Shown here piece after piece: positions 37,140-45,968 of a DNA stretch of 58,571 bases. Both the position numbers and the translations under genes were made by a program. The DNA is from an uncultured Caldimicrobium sp. (GTDB lineage: Bacteria > Desulfobacterota > Thermodesulfobacteria > Thermodesulfobacteriales > Thermodesulfobacteriaceae): NCBI GenBank assembly GCA_964595655.1, contig CAZQQV010000001.1, positions 1 through 58,571 on the forward strand, in the 5' to 3' direction. The notes under the pieces are model-generated. The model made no database searches, had not been told where the DNA came from, and was given only the letters and a program-made list of their open reading frames with translations. Every line of letters begins with the position of its first letter. Positions within the stretch are counted from its first letter, which is position 1.

Positions 37140-39209
37140 ATGACAGTTGAAACTTCAGTTCTTGAAACTTACAAAAGGGCAGCAAAAGAAAAAAACATAA
37201 AGCTTTGCTGCCCTGTTTCTTATTCCCGTCCTGAATTATTAAAGATTATTCCTCAGGAAATTCTTGAAAGAGATTATGGATGCGGAGATCCAACGGTTTA
37301 TGTAAGAGAAGGGGAAGTTGTCCTTGATCTTGGATCAGGATCTGGAAAGCACTGTTATATGATAGCTCAAATTGTTGGACCTAAAGGGAAGGTAATTGGG
37401 GTGGATTTCAACGACGAAATGTTGGCCTTGGCAAGAAAATATCAGGATGAAATCGCAAAGAAACTTGGATATTTAAACACGGAATTTCGTAAGGCCCGTA
37501 TTCAAAATTTAAAACTTGATCTTGAAAAGGTTGATAGATATCTTCTTGAAAATCCCGTAAAGACTTCAGAAGATCTAATAAAATTTGAAGAGTTTATTAA
37601 TTATCTTCAAGAAAAAGAGCCTCTCATTCCTGATAACTCTATTGATACCGTTGTTTCAAACTGTGTTCTTAATTTGGTGAAAGATGAAGACAAGGAAAGA
37701 CTTTTCAAAGAAATTTATCGCGTTCTTAAGCCAGAAGGAAGGGCTGTAATAAGTGATATCGTCTCTGATGAAGATGTGCCAGAGCATTTGAAGAAGGATC
37801 CTGAGCTCTGGTCAGGCTGTATTTCTGGTGCTTTAAGGGAGGATAAATTTATTGAAGCCTTCTTAAAAGCAGGATTTAGCAGTGTAAAAATTCTTAAATA
37901 TGAAGAAAAACCCTGGCAAGTTATTGAAGGGATTGAGTTTCGTTCAATAACTATAGAGGCCTATAAAGGTGAAAAGGGAGCTTGCATAGACAAAGGTCAT
38001 GCTGTAATATACCTTGGGCCTTTTGTAAAAGTTGAGGACTCTGAGGGACATATCTTTGAACTTGGAAAAAGGGTAGCTGTTTGCGAAAGGACCTTTAAAA
38101 ACTTAAAAAGATATGCTTATGATCAGTTCATTTTCATAGAACCCTCTGTAAAGCTCCAGCCAAGACCTTTTCCCTGTAATGAAAAAATTATCTATCGCTC
38201 ACCCAAAGTTACTAAAAATGGTAAGTGGGACTCTGTTGTGGGGGGAAGCTCCTGTTGTTTACCACCCCAGGAATTCATACCCTTTTCACAAAAATTAAAA
38301 GAGCTTGGTATAAATTTGACCAAAGATTCTGTTGATATTATCCAAGTAAATGTAGGCTATAAATGCAACGAAAAGTGTCTTCACTGTCATCTTTCAGCAG
38401 GGCCAAAGGGTCCTTTAATGTCAGAGGAAATAATGTCTGCAATTCTTGAGCTTTTGAAGAGATATCCAGGAAAAATTCTTGATATCACAGGAGGTTCCCC
38501 TGAGCTTCATCCTTCAATAATGAATTTTATATCAAAGGCTTCTTTATATACCAAAGAAATCTTCTTTAGAACAAATTTAGTAGCTCTTGCAGAAAGGGAA
38601 GATCTTATGGCTTTTCTTGCAGAAAAAAATGTGAAGATCATTGGCTCTTTTCCCAGTCTTGAAGAACACAGTGCAGACCTTTTTAGGGGAAAAGGTTTTT
38701 ATAAAAAGGCTATTACAGCCCTCAAAAAGTTAAATGAAATGGGCTTTGGGAAAAATTATTCCCTTTATCTCATGGTAAATCCGACAGATATATCCCTTGC
38801 ACCACCTGAAAATGAAATAAAAGAGAAATTTCACAAATTTTTAACCGAAAGAGGAATATCTTTTTCAGATCTTTATGTTCTCAACAATTTCCCTATAGGG
38901 AGATTTAAAAAATATTTGAAAAAAATAGGGAAACTGGAAGATTATTATAGACTTCTTTATGCTAATTTTAATCCTGAAACCCTTGAAAAAGTAATGTGTC
39001 TAAAACTAATCAACATTGCTCCTGATGGAACTCTATATGATTGTGATTTCAATCAGGCCTTGAAGTTATCTCTTAAGAGTCCAAAAAATGTCTTTGAACT
39101 CCTTGAGAGAGGGCTTGAGGCTTTGGAAAAACAGCCTATTAAGATTGGAGATCACTGTTATGGCTGCACAGCTCTTTATGGAACAAGCTGTTTCGGAGCT
39201 CTTACATAA
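37140..39209 (+). CDS. Fusion of ArsM-like arsenite methyltransferase and ArsS-like radical SAM enzyme (TIGR04167/DUF3641)
   Basis: LCCP, YGCGDP, LDLGSGSG, SNCVLNL, WSGCISGA; then CNEKCLHCH, DITGGSPE, NFNP...VMC...YDCDFNQ...HCYGCTA..G.SC.GAL. Confidence 0.88.
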   Translation: MTVETSVLETYKRAAKEKNIKLCCPVSYSRPELLKIIPQEILERDYGCGDPTVYVREGEVVLDLGSGSGKHCYMIAQIVGPKGKVIGVDFNDEMLALARKYQDEIAKKLGYLNTEFRKARIQNLKLDLEKVDRYLLENPVKTSEDLIKFEEFINYLQEKEPLIPDNSIDTVVSNCVLNLVKDEDKERLFKEIYRVLKPEGRAVISDIVSDEDVPEHLKKDPELWSGCISGALREDKFIEAFLKAGFSSVKILKYEEKPWQVIEGIEFRSITIEAYKGEKGACIDKGHAVIYLGPFVKVEDSEGHIFELGKRVAVCERTFKNLKRYAYDQFIFIEPSVKLQPRPFPCNEKIIYRSPKVTKNGKWDSVVGGSSCCLPPQEFIPFSQKLKELGINLTKDSVDIIQVNVGYKCNEKCLHCHLSAGPKGPLMSEEIMSAILELLKRYPGKILDITGGSPELHPSIMNFISKASLYTKEIFFRTNLVALAEREDLMAFLAEKNVKIIGSFPSLEEHSADLFRGKGFYKKAITALKKLNEMGFGKNYSLYLMVNPTDISLAPPENEIKEKFHKFLTERGISFSDLYVLNNFPIGRFKKYLKKIGKLEDYYRLLYANFNPETLEKVMCLKLINIAPDGTLYDCDFNQALKLSLKSPKNVFELLERGLEALEKQPIKIGDHCYGCTALYGTSCFGALT

Positions 39210-40827
39210 TTGTACTGAATGCAGAATTTGCCAGAGAGCCTGCCCATTTCTTGAAAAATATGGACTTCCAAAGGAGATAATCCTTAATAAAAAAGAAGAG
39301 GTATTTTATTGCACCAATTGTTCAGCCTGCACCTATCTCTGTAAAGAGGGTCTTGACCCGGCAGAAGCTCTCTATTCCCTTAAGGTTCAATTATTAAAAG
39401 AGGGGGTTCCCCTTGGACAAAAATTGAAAAATAGCGCTCTCTCCTTTATTAAACGCATTCATTCCTTTCCCTTTTCTCACTGGGAGAGGGCTGAAAAGGT
39501 CTTCTGGCCAGGTTGCAGTTTCTGGGGAATATATCCTCATTTAATTAAAGAGATATTGAAAATTTTAAATAAAAATTCTGAAAAAAAATTTGGCCTTGTG
39601 CTTGATTGTTGTCTTGATCCTCTTTATCAGATTGGAGCGGTAAAAGAGGTAGAAAGAGCTTGGAAAAATTTAAATCTTAGGTTTTTTCAGAATGGAATAA
39701 AAGAAGTTATTCTTGGATGCACAAATTGTTATAAAATTTTTAAAAAATACTCAGAAAATCTTCAGGTAAAACACATTCTTGAAGTTCTTCCTGAAAGTCT
39801 CTTTGAGAATATTCCTTCAAATTCTTTTTTTCATCTTCCCTGTCCAGCCTTTAAAGAGAGAAATTTCAGAGAAAGGATGGTTCAGAAATTTGGAGGGCAT
39901 TTTTCCAAAATTCTTAAAATTCCCTCCTGCTGTGGGGCAGGAGGAGGGGCTTACATCAATGAAGAGCTTTCTCAGGATTTTTTAAAAATAACCGTAAAGA
40001 AAGCTCAAAAAAACCCAATAATAACCTTTTGTTTTGGCTGCAAAAACCGTTTTGTAGGTATAGGAGAAAGGGGGATACACCTTCTTGAAACGTTAAAAGA
40101 CATAAAACCTCTTGAAAAGAAAGTATCCTCAATAACTAAATGGTTAAATCGTTTAAAGCTTTCCTTTGAAAGAAAGCTTTTTAAAACTAAAACCTTCCTT
40201 TTCTTTATTTTTTTGGGTCTTATTTTTTTGAGTTTTTATTTTCAATGGAAGGGTTTATTAAAGCCTGAAATTCTCACTAATCAATTACAAAAATTTGCAG
40301 GCCATCCCCTTTCAATCCCTCTTTACTTACTCATTTATACCCTTGCTCCAAGCTTCTTTGTGTCAAGCCTTGCTTTAACAATGCTTGCGGGTTTTCTTTG
40401 GGGACCTATTTTAGGTAGTATTCTTGCTTTAACTGGTGCAACCCTTGGAGCAACCCTTTCTTTTCAGCTTGCAAGATACTTTTTCAGAGACACCCTTAAG
40501 GCTCGTCTTGGTTATGAAAAGTGGAAATATTTTGAGGAAATAACCAAAAAACACGGCTGGAAGGCTGTAGCCTTTGTTCGCCTCTTTCCGCTTTTTTCTT
40601 TTCCTGTGGTAAATTATTTATTTGGATTAACCTCTATTGATTTAAAAACCTATGTAATTTGCACTTTTATCTTTATGGCACCAGCTGGCTTTGCTTATAC
40701 AGGCCTTGGTTACTCTTTAAAAGGTATTATTCTTGAGGGAAAAATTTTACCCCTTATTTTAGTTCTGCTCTTTCTTAGTGCATTGACCCTTCTTCTTCGG
40801 TATCTTTCCAAGAAATGGAAAATTTAG
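39160..40827 (+). CDS. 4Fe-4S/CCG-domain oxidoreductase fused to a VTT/TVP38 (DedA-superfamily) membrane domain; start 39160 or 39178
   Basis: CTECRICQRACP, CTNCSACTYLC, WPGC, DCC, CCGAGG, TFCFGC; then GFLWG...GATLGA, RLFPLFSF..VNY..GLT. Confidence 0.82.
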   Translation: MAAQLFMEQAVSELLHNCTECRICQRACPFLEKYGLPKEIILNKKEEVFYCTNCSACTYLCKEGLDPAEALYSLKVQLLKEGVPLGQKLKNSALSFIKRIHSFPFSHWERAEKVFWPGCSFWGIYPHLIKEILKILNKNSEKKFGLVLDCCLDPLYQIGAVKEVERAWKNLNLRFFQNGIKEVILGCTNCYKIFKKYSENLQVKHILEVLPESLFENIPSNSFFHLPCPAFKERNFRERMVQKFGGHFSKILKIPSCCGAGGGAYINEELSQDFLKITVKKAQKNPIITFCFGCKNRFVGIGERGIHLLETLKDIKPLEKKVSSITKWLNRLKLSFERKLFKTKTFLFFIFLGLIFLSFYFQWKGLLKPEILTNQLQKFAGHPLSIPLYLLIYTLAPSFFVSSLALTMLAGFLWGPILGSILALTGATLGATLSFQLARYFFRDTLKARLGYEKWKYFEEITKKHGWKAVAFVRLFPLFSFPVVNYLFGLTSIDLKTYVICTFIFMAPAGFAYTGLGYSLKGIILEGKILPLILVLLFLSALTLLLRYLSKKWKI

Positions 40828-41450
40828 AGGCCCTCTGCCTCTTTTTTAAAATTCCCGAATTCGGGAAAGTGAAAACAAGACTTGCAAGAGAAATAGGAAA
40901 TAAAGAGACTCTAAAGATTTATCAATATTTATTGAAAAACTCTATTAAAACAGCAGAAGAGTTAGCCTCTATTAGACCTGTAAAACTATTTGGGTTTTAT
41001 AAAGGTAATTATTTACATGATTTAAAAAAATTTTTTAATTTCAAAAAAAGTTGGAGATTTTTACCCCAAGAGGGAAAAACCCTTGCAGAACGACTTAGAA
41101 GGGCAGGGGAGTTACTTTTAAATCTTAACTTTAAAAAAATTATTTTCATTGGTGCTGATTGTCCACATCTTTCAGTTGATTATTTTCTTGAGGCCTATCA
41201 AGCACTTGAAAATTATTCTGTGGTTATAGGGCCTTCGCAGGATGGTGGTTATGTTTTGCTTGGATTTAACTATAATTTTAAAAAAAGACTTTTTCTTTTA
41301 TTTGATAATTTACCATTTGAAACATCAAAACTTTTTGAAAAAACTATAAAAAGGTTATCTTCCCATGATTTTTATCTTTTACCTGATCTTTTTGATATAG
41401 ATACTTTTGAGGATTGGCAAAAATATTTAAAAATAACAAAGGTGACTTGA
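40815..41450 (+). CDS. TIGR04282/DUF2064 glycosyltransferase-like (arsenosugar-cluster) protein
   Basis: K.PE.GKVKTRLA, IGADCP, VIGPSQDGGYVLLG, DIDT.EDW. Confidence 0.88.
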   Translation: MENLEALCLFFKIPEFGKVKTRLAREIGNKETLKIYQYLLKNSIKTAEELASIRPVKLFGFYKGNYLHDLKKFFNFKKSWRFLPQEGKTLAERLRRAGELLLNLNFKKIIFIGADCPHLSVDYFLEAYQALENYSVVIGPSQDGGYVLLGFNYNFKKRLFLLFDNLPFETSKLFEKTIKRLSSHDFYLLPDLFDIDTFEDWQKYLKITKVT

Positions 41451-41507
41451 CAAAATCGATTTTTAAATTAAATTTAAGAAAAAAATAATTAAAAAGGAGG
41501 TGGGAAG

Positions 41508-42107
41508 ATGTGCACAAAGGTTGGAGCTCCAGCGCCAGATTTTGAGACTGATGCTTATTTTCCCAATGGAGAGATTAAAAAGATTAAACTCTCCGATTAC
41601 AAAGGAAAATGGGTAGTTCTTCTCTTTTATCCTGCAGATTTTACCTTTGTATGCCCAACTGAGCTTGTAGATGTGGCTGAGAAGTATAATGAACTTAAAA
41701 ATTTAAATGTAGAAGTTATTGGCATAAGCATTGACACCGTTTTTGTGCACAAGGTATGGCAGGAAATTGAATTGTCTAAGATGATTGAAGGGGGCATTCC
41801 ATATCCCTTAGCTTCAGATCTTGGTGGAAAGATTGGTCAACTCTATGGAGTGTATGATGAGGCCTTGGGGCTTGATTTGAGAGGAACATTCATTATTGAC
41901 CCTGATGGAGTTCTTCAGTCTGTTGAGATTAACAATGCCCCTGTAGGTAGAAATGCTGACGAACTTGTCAGAAAGATTAAAGCCTTCCAGCATGTAAGAG
42001 CAACTGGAGGTAAAGAAGTTTGTCCAGCCAAATGGGAACCTGGAAAACCCACTCTTCAACCAGGAATTGAGCTTGCCGGAAAGGTTTACGAGGTCTACAA
42101 AAAGTAA
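41508..42107 (+). CDS. ahpC: 2-Cys peroxiredoxin (AhpC/Prx1)
   Basis: FYPADFTFVCPTE, RGTFIIDP, EVCPAKW. Confidence 0.93.
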   Translation: MCTKVGAPAPDFETDAYFPNGEIKKIKLSDYKGKWVVLLFYPADFTFVCPTELVDVAEKYNELKNLNVEVIGISIDTVFVHKVWQEIELSKMIEGGIPYPLASDLGGKIGQLYGVYDEALGLDLRGTFIIDPDGVLQSVEINNAPVGRNADELVRKIKAFQHVRATGGKEVCPAKWEPGKPTLQPGIELAGKVYEVYKK

Positions 42108-42123
42108 TCCTATTTTCAACCTT

Positions 42124-42150
42124 AGGGGGCCTTGCCCCCTTCTCTTTTTT
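42124..42150 (+). terminator. Intrinsic terminator after the peroxiredoxin gene
   Basis: AGGGGGC-CTT-GCCCCCT followed by TCTCTTTTTT. Confidence 0.8.
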
Positions 42151-42165
42151 AAGTAAAATTTTTCT

Positions 42166-42621
42166 GTGGATCTCTATTATTTCTCCTATACTGGAACCTC
42201 AAGAAATGTTGCCTTTGCCCTTGCAGAAATTTTTAAAATAACTCCTAAAGAAATAAAAAGCTTCTCCTTCCCTTATCCTATCTGGCTTTTTCTTTCCTTT
42301 ATACCTCATCTGAGTTTGAAAGCCTATTTTGAATATCCTAAAAGCCCCTTTGGAATCCTTGTTTTCCCTAAGTGGACCTTTAATTGCCCTCCTGTGACAT
42401 ATTTTTTAAAAAATGTCTCCTTTGAAAAACTTCTTTTAATTATCCCTTTTGGAGGTTGGCGAGAAAAACCTTATGGAGAGTATTATAAAAAACTTGCTTT
42501 GAAAAAGAGTAAAAAGGTTGATATTATATACATAAAGAGAAAAAACTGGCTCAGTAAAGAAGAGCAGATCCTAAAAGGAATTTCTGAAAAGGTTGGAGCG
42601 TTCTTTGATGGGACTTACTGA
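42166..42621 (+). CDS. Hypothetical flavodoxin-like protein
   Basis: YFSYTGTSRNVA phosphate-loop-like start, P.W...PPV. Confidence 0.55.
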   Translation: MDLYYFSYTGTSRNVAFALAEIFKITPKEIKSFSFPYPIWLFLSFIPHLSLKAYFEYPKSPFGILVFPKWTFNCPPVTYFLKNVSFEKLLLIIPFGGWREKPYGEYYKKLALKKSKKVDIIYIKRKNWLSKEEQILKGISEKVGAFFDGTY

Positions 42622-43036
42622 GAGTAGAAGGCCGGACTTAGTAGAGGCTCTTGCAAGGGAGCTTAAGAACGAAAGAGATATCCTTTTTGCTTATCTCTTT
42701 GGTAGTCAGGCAACCGGAAAAACCCACATAGAAAGTGATCTTGACATAGCAGTATACTTAGAGCCCTTTCCAGAGGATATTTTAGAAAGAAAATTAGAAT
42801 TAATTGATAAAATAAGTGAAATCACACATTTTAACTATATTGACCTTGTAATTTTAAATCAGGCTCCGCCTCTTTTAATACACTCTGTTATGAGGACAGG
42901 AAAACTTCTTTTTTCTAAGGATGAGGAAAGACGGGTTTCATTTATGGCTAAAAAACTTTCTGAGGCCCTTGATTTTGAGATTCACCTACGAAAATATCAA
43001 GAGGCTTTAAAGAGAAGACTTGAGGAGGGCAAGTGA
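42593..43036 (+). CDS. MntA-family nucleotidyltransferase antitoxin (orphan)
   Basis: AYLFGSQATG.....SDLDIAV, IDLVILNQAPPLL. Confidence 0.88.
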   Translation: MERSLMGLTESRRPDLVEALARELKNERDILFAYLFGSQATGKTHIESDLDIAVYLEPFPEDILERKLELIDKISEITHFNYIDLVILNQAPPLLIHSVMRTGKLLFSKDEERRVSFMAKKLSEALDFEIHLRKYQEALKRRLEEGK

Positions 43037-43092
43037 GGCTGGAAGATCTGAAAAAATTTGTTTTTTATATTTTGAAGTTCCTTGAGGAGTAG
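43033..43092 (+). pseudogene. Remnant C-terminal helix of a HepT/DUF86 toxin
   Basis: GTG overlapping the MntA stop encodes only (M)RLEDLKKFVFYILKFLEE, resembling HepT C-termini. Confidence 0.5.
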
Positions 43093-43206
43093 TTTATAAA
43101 GGTAAATGAGCTTGACAAAAAACAATTTTTATTTTACATAATATATCTTATCAGAAGTAAAGAAAAAAAACAAAAAACTTTTCCAATCTTTAAATCCCCA
43201 TAACTT

Positions 43207-44433
43207 TTAAGCTCCGAATTTGGCAAGTTTCCCGGAATGGGCCAATAAAAGCTGCATCAATTTATAGCTTGGAAAAATTCCAAGCTCTCCCTTCAAACAC
43301 TCTCTTTCAGTAAATCTCTCTGAAAGGCCTCCAAGACAAAAGGAAGAATAAATTAAGACTGGCACTGGATGCCACGAATGAGATTTCATTTGACAGGGTG
43401 TAGAATGATCCCCAGTTATAGAAATTACATCAGGTTTTAAGGCTAAAACATCTTGTAAAAATCTATCAAATTCTTCAATAACCTTGACTTTACCTTCGTA
43501 ATTTCCGTCCTCACCGTAGGAATCGCTTTTTTTGATGTGAATAAAGAAAAAATCATAGTCTTGAAAAAGATTTTTTATGGTCTCAATTTCGTCCTTTATA
43601 GTTTCTCCCTCAAAGGTAATCACATCCATTCCAACAAGTCTTGCAAGCCCTTTATACATGGGATACACGGCAATGCAGGCGCTTTTTAAACCAAATCTCT
43701 CAGGAAAGGGCTCTATTTCAGGCCTAACTGAGAAACCTCTCAATAAAACATAGTTGGCTTTTGGCTCATTTTTTAAAAGCTCTGCCACTTGATCTATAAA
43801 TTTCTTGGCAATATTTGCCACTTTTTCAGCTTCCTCATTTTCACCTTGCGGTAAAAGAGGTTCTTTATCTGTAGCCTGAGGATCAGTATCATTAACTTTT
43901 TCAGCAAGAGAAGAAATCTTATAGGGAAACCTTAAAATCAAAGAAAAACGATGTTCTTTACCTGAACATAATATTATCTCTACATCATCTATTTTCTTGA
44001 TTTTTTCTGATAAATATTTGATTAATCGTTGATTTTCTTCGGTAGAAATCCTTCCGGCTCTACGATCAACTACGATGGGCCTTCCCTCTTCATATTTGAC
44101 TGTGGCGAAATTTCCCCTTATGGCTACATCTGTCTCTCTAATTTCAAGACCAACCCCTAAGGCTTCAAGGATTCCTCTTTTTATTTCTAACTCTGCAGGA
44201 TTATATCCAAAAATTCCAAGGTGACCGGGACCACTTCCTGGAGTAATCCCATAATCCACTGGGATATGGAGACCCGTGGCTGAAACCTTTGCCAATCTAT
44301 CCAGATTAGGAGTATTAGCAAGTTCAAGAGGAGTTTTGCCTTCTTTCACAGGCAAATCCCCTACCCCATCTAAGACAAAAAGTATAATCTTTACTTTAAA
44401 ATCTTTTTTTAGAAGTTTTTTAAGATTTATCAT
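43207..44433 (-). CDS. apgM: 2,3-bisphosphoglycerate-independent phosphoglycerate mutase (archaeal type)
   Basis: LDGVGD, TPLE.A.TPNLD, PGSGPGHL, DRRAGRI, TGDHSTP, HSWHPVP. Confidence 0.93.
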   Translation of the reverse strand: MINLKKLLKKDFKVKIILFVLDGVGDLPVKEGKTPLELANTPNLDRLAKVSATGLHIPVDYGITPGSGPGHLGIFGYNPAELEIKRGILEALGVGLEIRETDVAIRGNFATVKYEEGRPIVVDRRAGRISTEENQRLIKYLSEKIKKIDDVEIILCSGKEHRFSLILRFPYKISSLAEKVNDTDPQATDKEPLLPQGENEEAEKVANIAKKFIDQVAELLKNEPKANYVLLRGFSVRPEIEPFPERFGLKSACIAVYPMYKGLARLVGMDVITFEGETIKDEIETIKNLFQDYDFFFIHIKKSDSYGEDGNYEGKVKVIEEFDRFLQDVLALKPDVISITGDHSTPCQMKSHSWHPVPVLIYSSFCLGGLSERFTERECLKGELGIFPSYKLMQLLLAHSGKLAKFGA

Positions 44434-44623
44434 TCCTCTCCTCCTCTATGAGGCACTGATTGAAGGTTTCTATCCACTTTTCTTTTAATTCCTCAATTTC
44501 TTCTTGATACTCCTTTGCTGGTCTTTCCATCCCGCAGGTAAGGCACCTTACCTTTGCCTTGGCTCAGGTTCCTGTAAGAATTGCCTTTCCTCCACAGTAT
44601 TTGCACCTTAGGGCTTCTTCCAT
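44420..44623 (-). CDS. Small dual-CxxC selenoprotein (67 aa, Sec20); absent from the ORF track
   Basis: MEEALRCKYCGGKAILTGT-U(TGA 44566-44564)-AKAKVRCLTCGMERP...DKS*; AAGGA SD; SECIS-like hairpin downstream of the UGA. Confidence 0.8.
44536..44553 (-). promoter_or_regulatory. Putative bacterial SECIS element
   Basis: AGGUAAG-GUGC-CUUACCU hairpin; the loop starts with G 18 nt after the UGA. Confidence 0.7.
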
Positions 44624-45796
44624 TTAGGCTTCCTTGGACTGAAGATAATCCTGAATGAGCTTATCGGGGTTTGCCTCCTTTTCTTCTGTTACAAGGACTT
44701 TTATTTGATTGGCTGAAAGTTCGTCAGCCAGTTCTTTGGAAGGACTATGCAGGATAATATGAGTTACTACTTGCTCTTTTAAAAAATCTATGAGACTTTG
44801 ATTTTCAGGCTTTTTTACCACATCCTTAACAAGGATTTTGTTATTCTCTACATCGTATAAGGCAAATAAGGCAAACTTTTCTGGATCAGCCTCAAGTTTT
44901 TGAGGGGTTGAAATAGGACAGGCAATTCTCATAAATCTCTCTTCAAGGACATCACGAACCATTTCTTCTGTGGCTGAAACAATATTTCTTATTAAATCTT
45001 CAAAGGCCTTGGCAGTAATACTTTCAGGATAGGCTCCTACAATGGGTTTTCCTCTGTCTCCTGTATCTACTATTCTTGGATCAATGGGGATTTTTCCAAG
45101 AAACCTTATTCCCATTTCTTCTGCAAGTTTCTGCCCCCCTCCTCTTTTGAAAAGATCAAGAGGTTTTCCACAATGGGGACATATAAAACCACTCATATTT
45201 TCAACTAATCCCAAGATTCTCATTTTTACTTTTTGACAAAATCTTATAGATTTTTTCACATCAATAAGGGAAACCTCTTGAGGTGTTGTTACAATCAGGG
45301 CATAGGCATCAGGTATAGTTTTAGCGATGGTTAAGGGTTCATCACCTGTTCCAGGAGGGGCATCAATAATTAAATAATCCAGCTCACCCCAATCAATATC
45401 TCCAATAAATTGTTTGATAGCTGAAATTTTGATTGGCCCTCTCCAGATAATCGCAGAATCCTCTGAAGGAAGAAGGGGTTCAATAGAGAGAAATTTAAGA
45501 TTGGGAGAATATTTTATGGCACCAAGTCTTCCATCAGGACGTCTTGTAAGTTTTAAATCCCTTGCTCCAAGCATTTTTGGAATGCTCGGGCCGTGCAAAT
45601 CCACATCAAGAAGTCCCACCATAAAATCCTGTAAGGAAAGGCCAACAGCTATATTTACAGCTATTGTGCTCTTTCCTACTCCTCCTTTTCCAGACATCAC
45701 CATGATTTTGTGTTTAATTTTGGAAAGCTGTTCTCTAACTTTTTTATCTTGCTGATCAAGAATGGCACTTTTTTCTTTTCCAACAGGCATATCCAA
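44624..45796 (-). CDS. apbC: Mrp/NBP35 (ApbC) Fe-S cluster carrier ATPase with degenerate NifB/NifX-like C-terminal domain
   Basis: SGKGGVGKST, DVDLHGPSIP, IWRGP, DAPPGTGD, ENMSGFICPHC. Confidence 0.9.
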   Translation of the reverse strand: MDMPVGKEKSAILDQQDKKVREQLSKIKHKIMVMSGKGGVGKSTIAVNIAVGLSLQDFMVGLLDVDLHGPSIPKMLGARDLKLTRRPDGRLGAIKYSPNLKFLSIEPLLPSEDSAIIWRGPIKISAIKQFIGDIDWGELDYLIIDAPPGTGDEPLTIAKTIPDAYALIVTTPQEVSLIDVKKSIRFCQKVKMRILGLVENMSGFICPHCGKPLDLFKRGGGQKLAEEMGIRFLGKIPIDPRIVDTGDRGKPIVGAYPESITAKAFEDLIRNIVSATEEMVRDVLEERFMRIACPISTPQKLEADPEKFALFALYDVENNKILVKDVVKKPENQSLIDFLKEQVVTHIILHSPSKELADELSANQIKVLVTEEKEANPDKLIQDYLQSKEA

Positions 45797-45907
45797 TTCC
45801 CCCTCAGTATATTCAGAAAACCAAAGTTATTTTAATCCAATCAAAAATATTTTCAAAGGCCCTTAAGGAAGACTTTCCGAAAAGATTCTACAGATACTGA
45901 GAAAGTT

Positions 45908-45934
45908 TAAAGAATTTTTAATTTTTTCCGAAAA
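45908..45934 (+). promoter_or_regulatory. Sigma28 (FliA)-type promoter of flaG
   Basis: TAAA-N15-TCCGAAAA versus consensus TAAA-N15-GCCGATAA. Confidence 0.7.
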
Positions 45935-45968
45935 GTATTATAAGAGAATCTCCTTTAAGGGGGCCCCT

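Noticed and set aside
41640-41663. Possible selenocysteine peroxiredoxin (PrxU)
   Set aside because: The peroxidatic residue is encoded by TGC (Cys) and there is no in-frame TGA.
44276-44488. Plus-strand 70-aa ORF from the track
   Set aside because: Antisense shadow of apgM; the real gene in this gap is the minus-strand selenoprotein.
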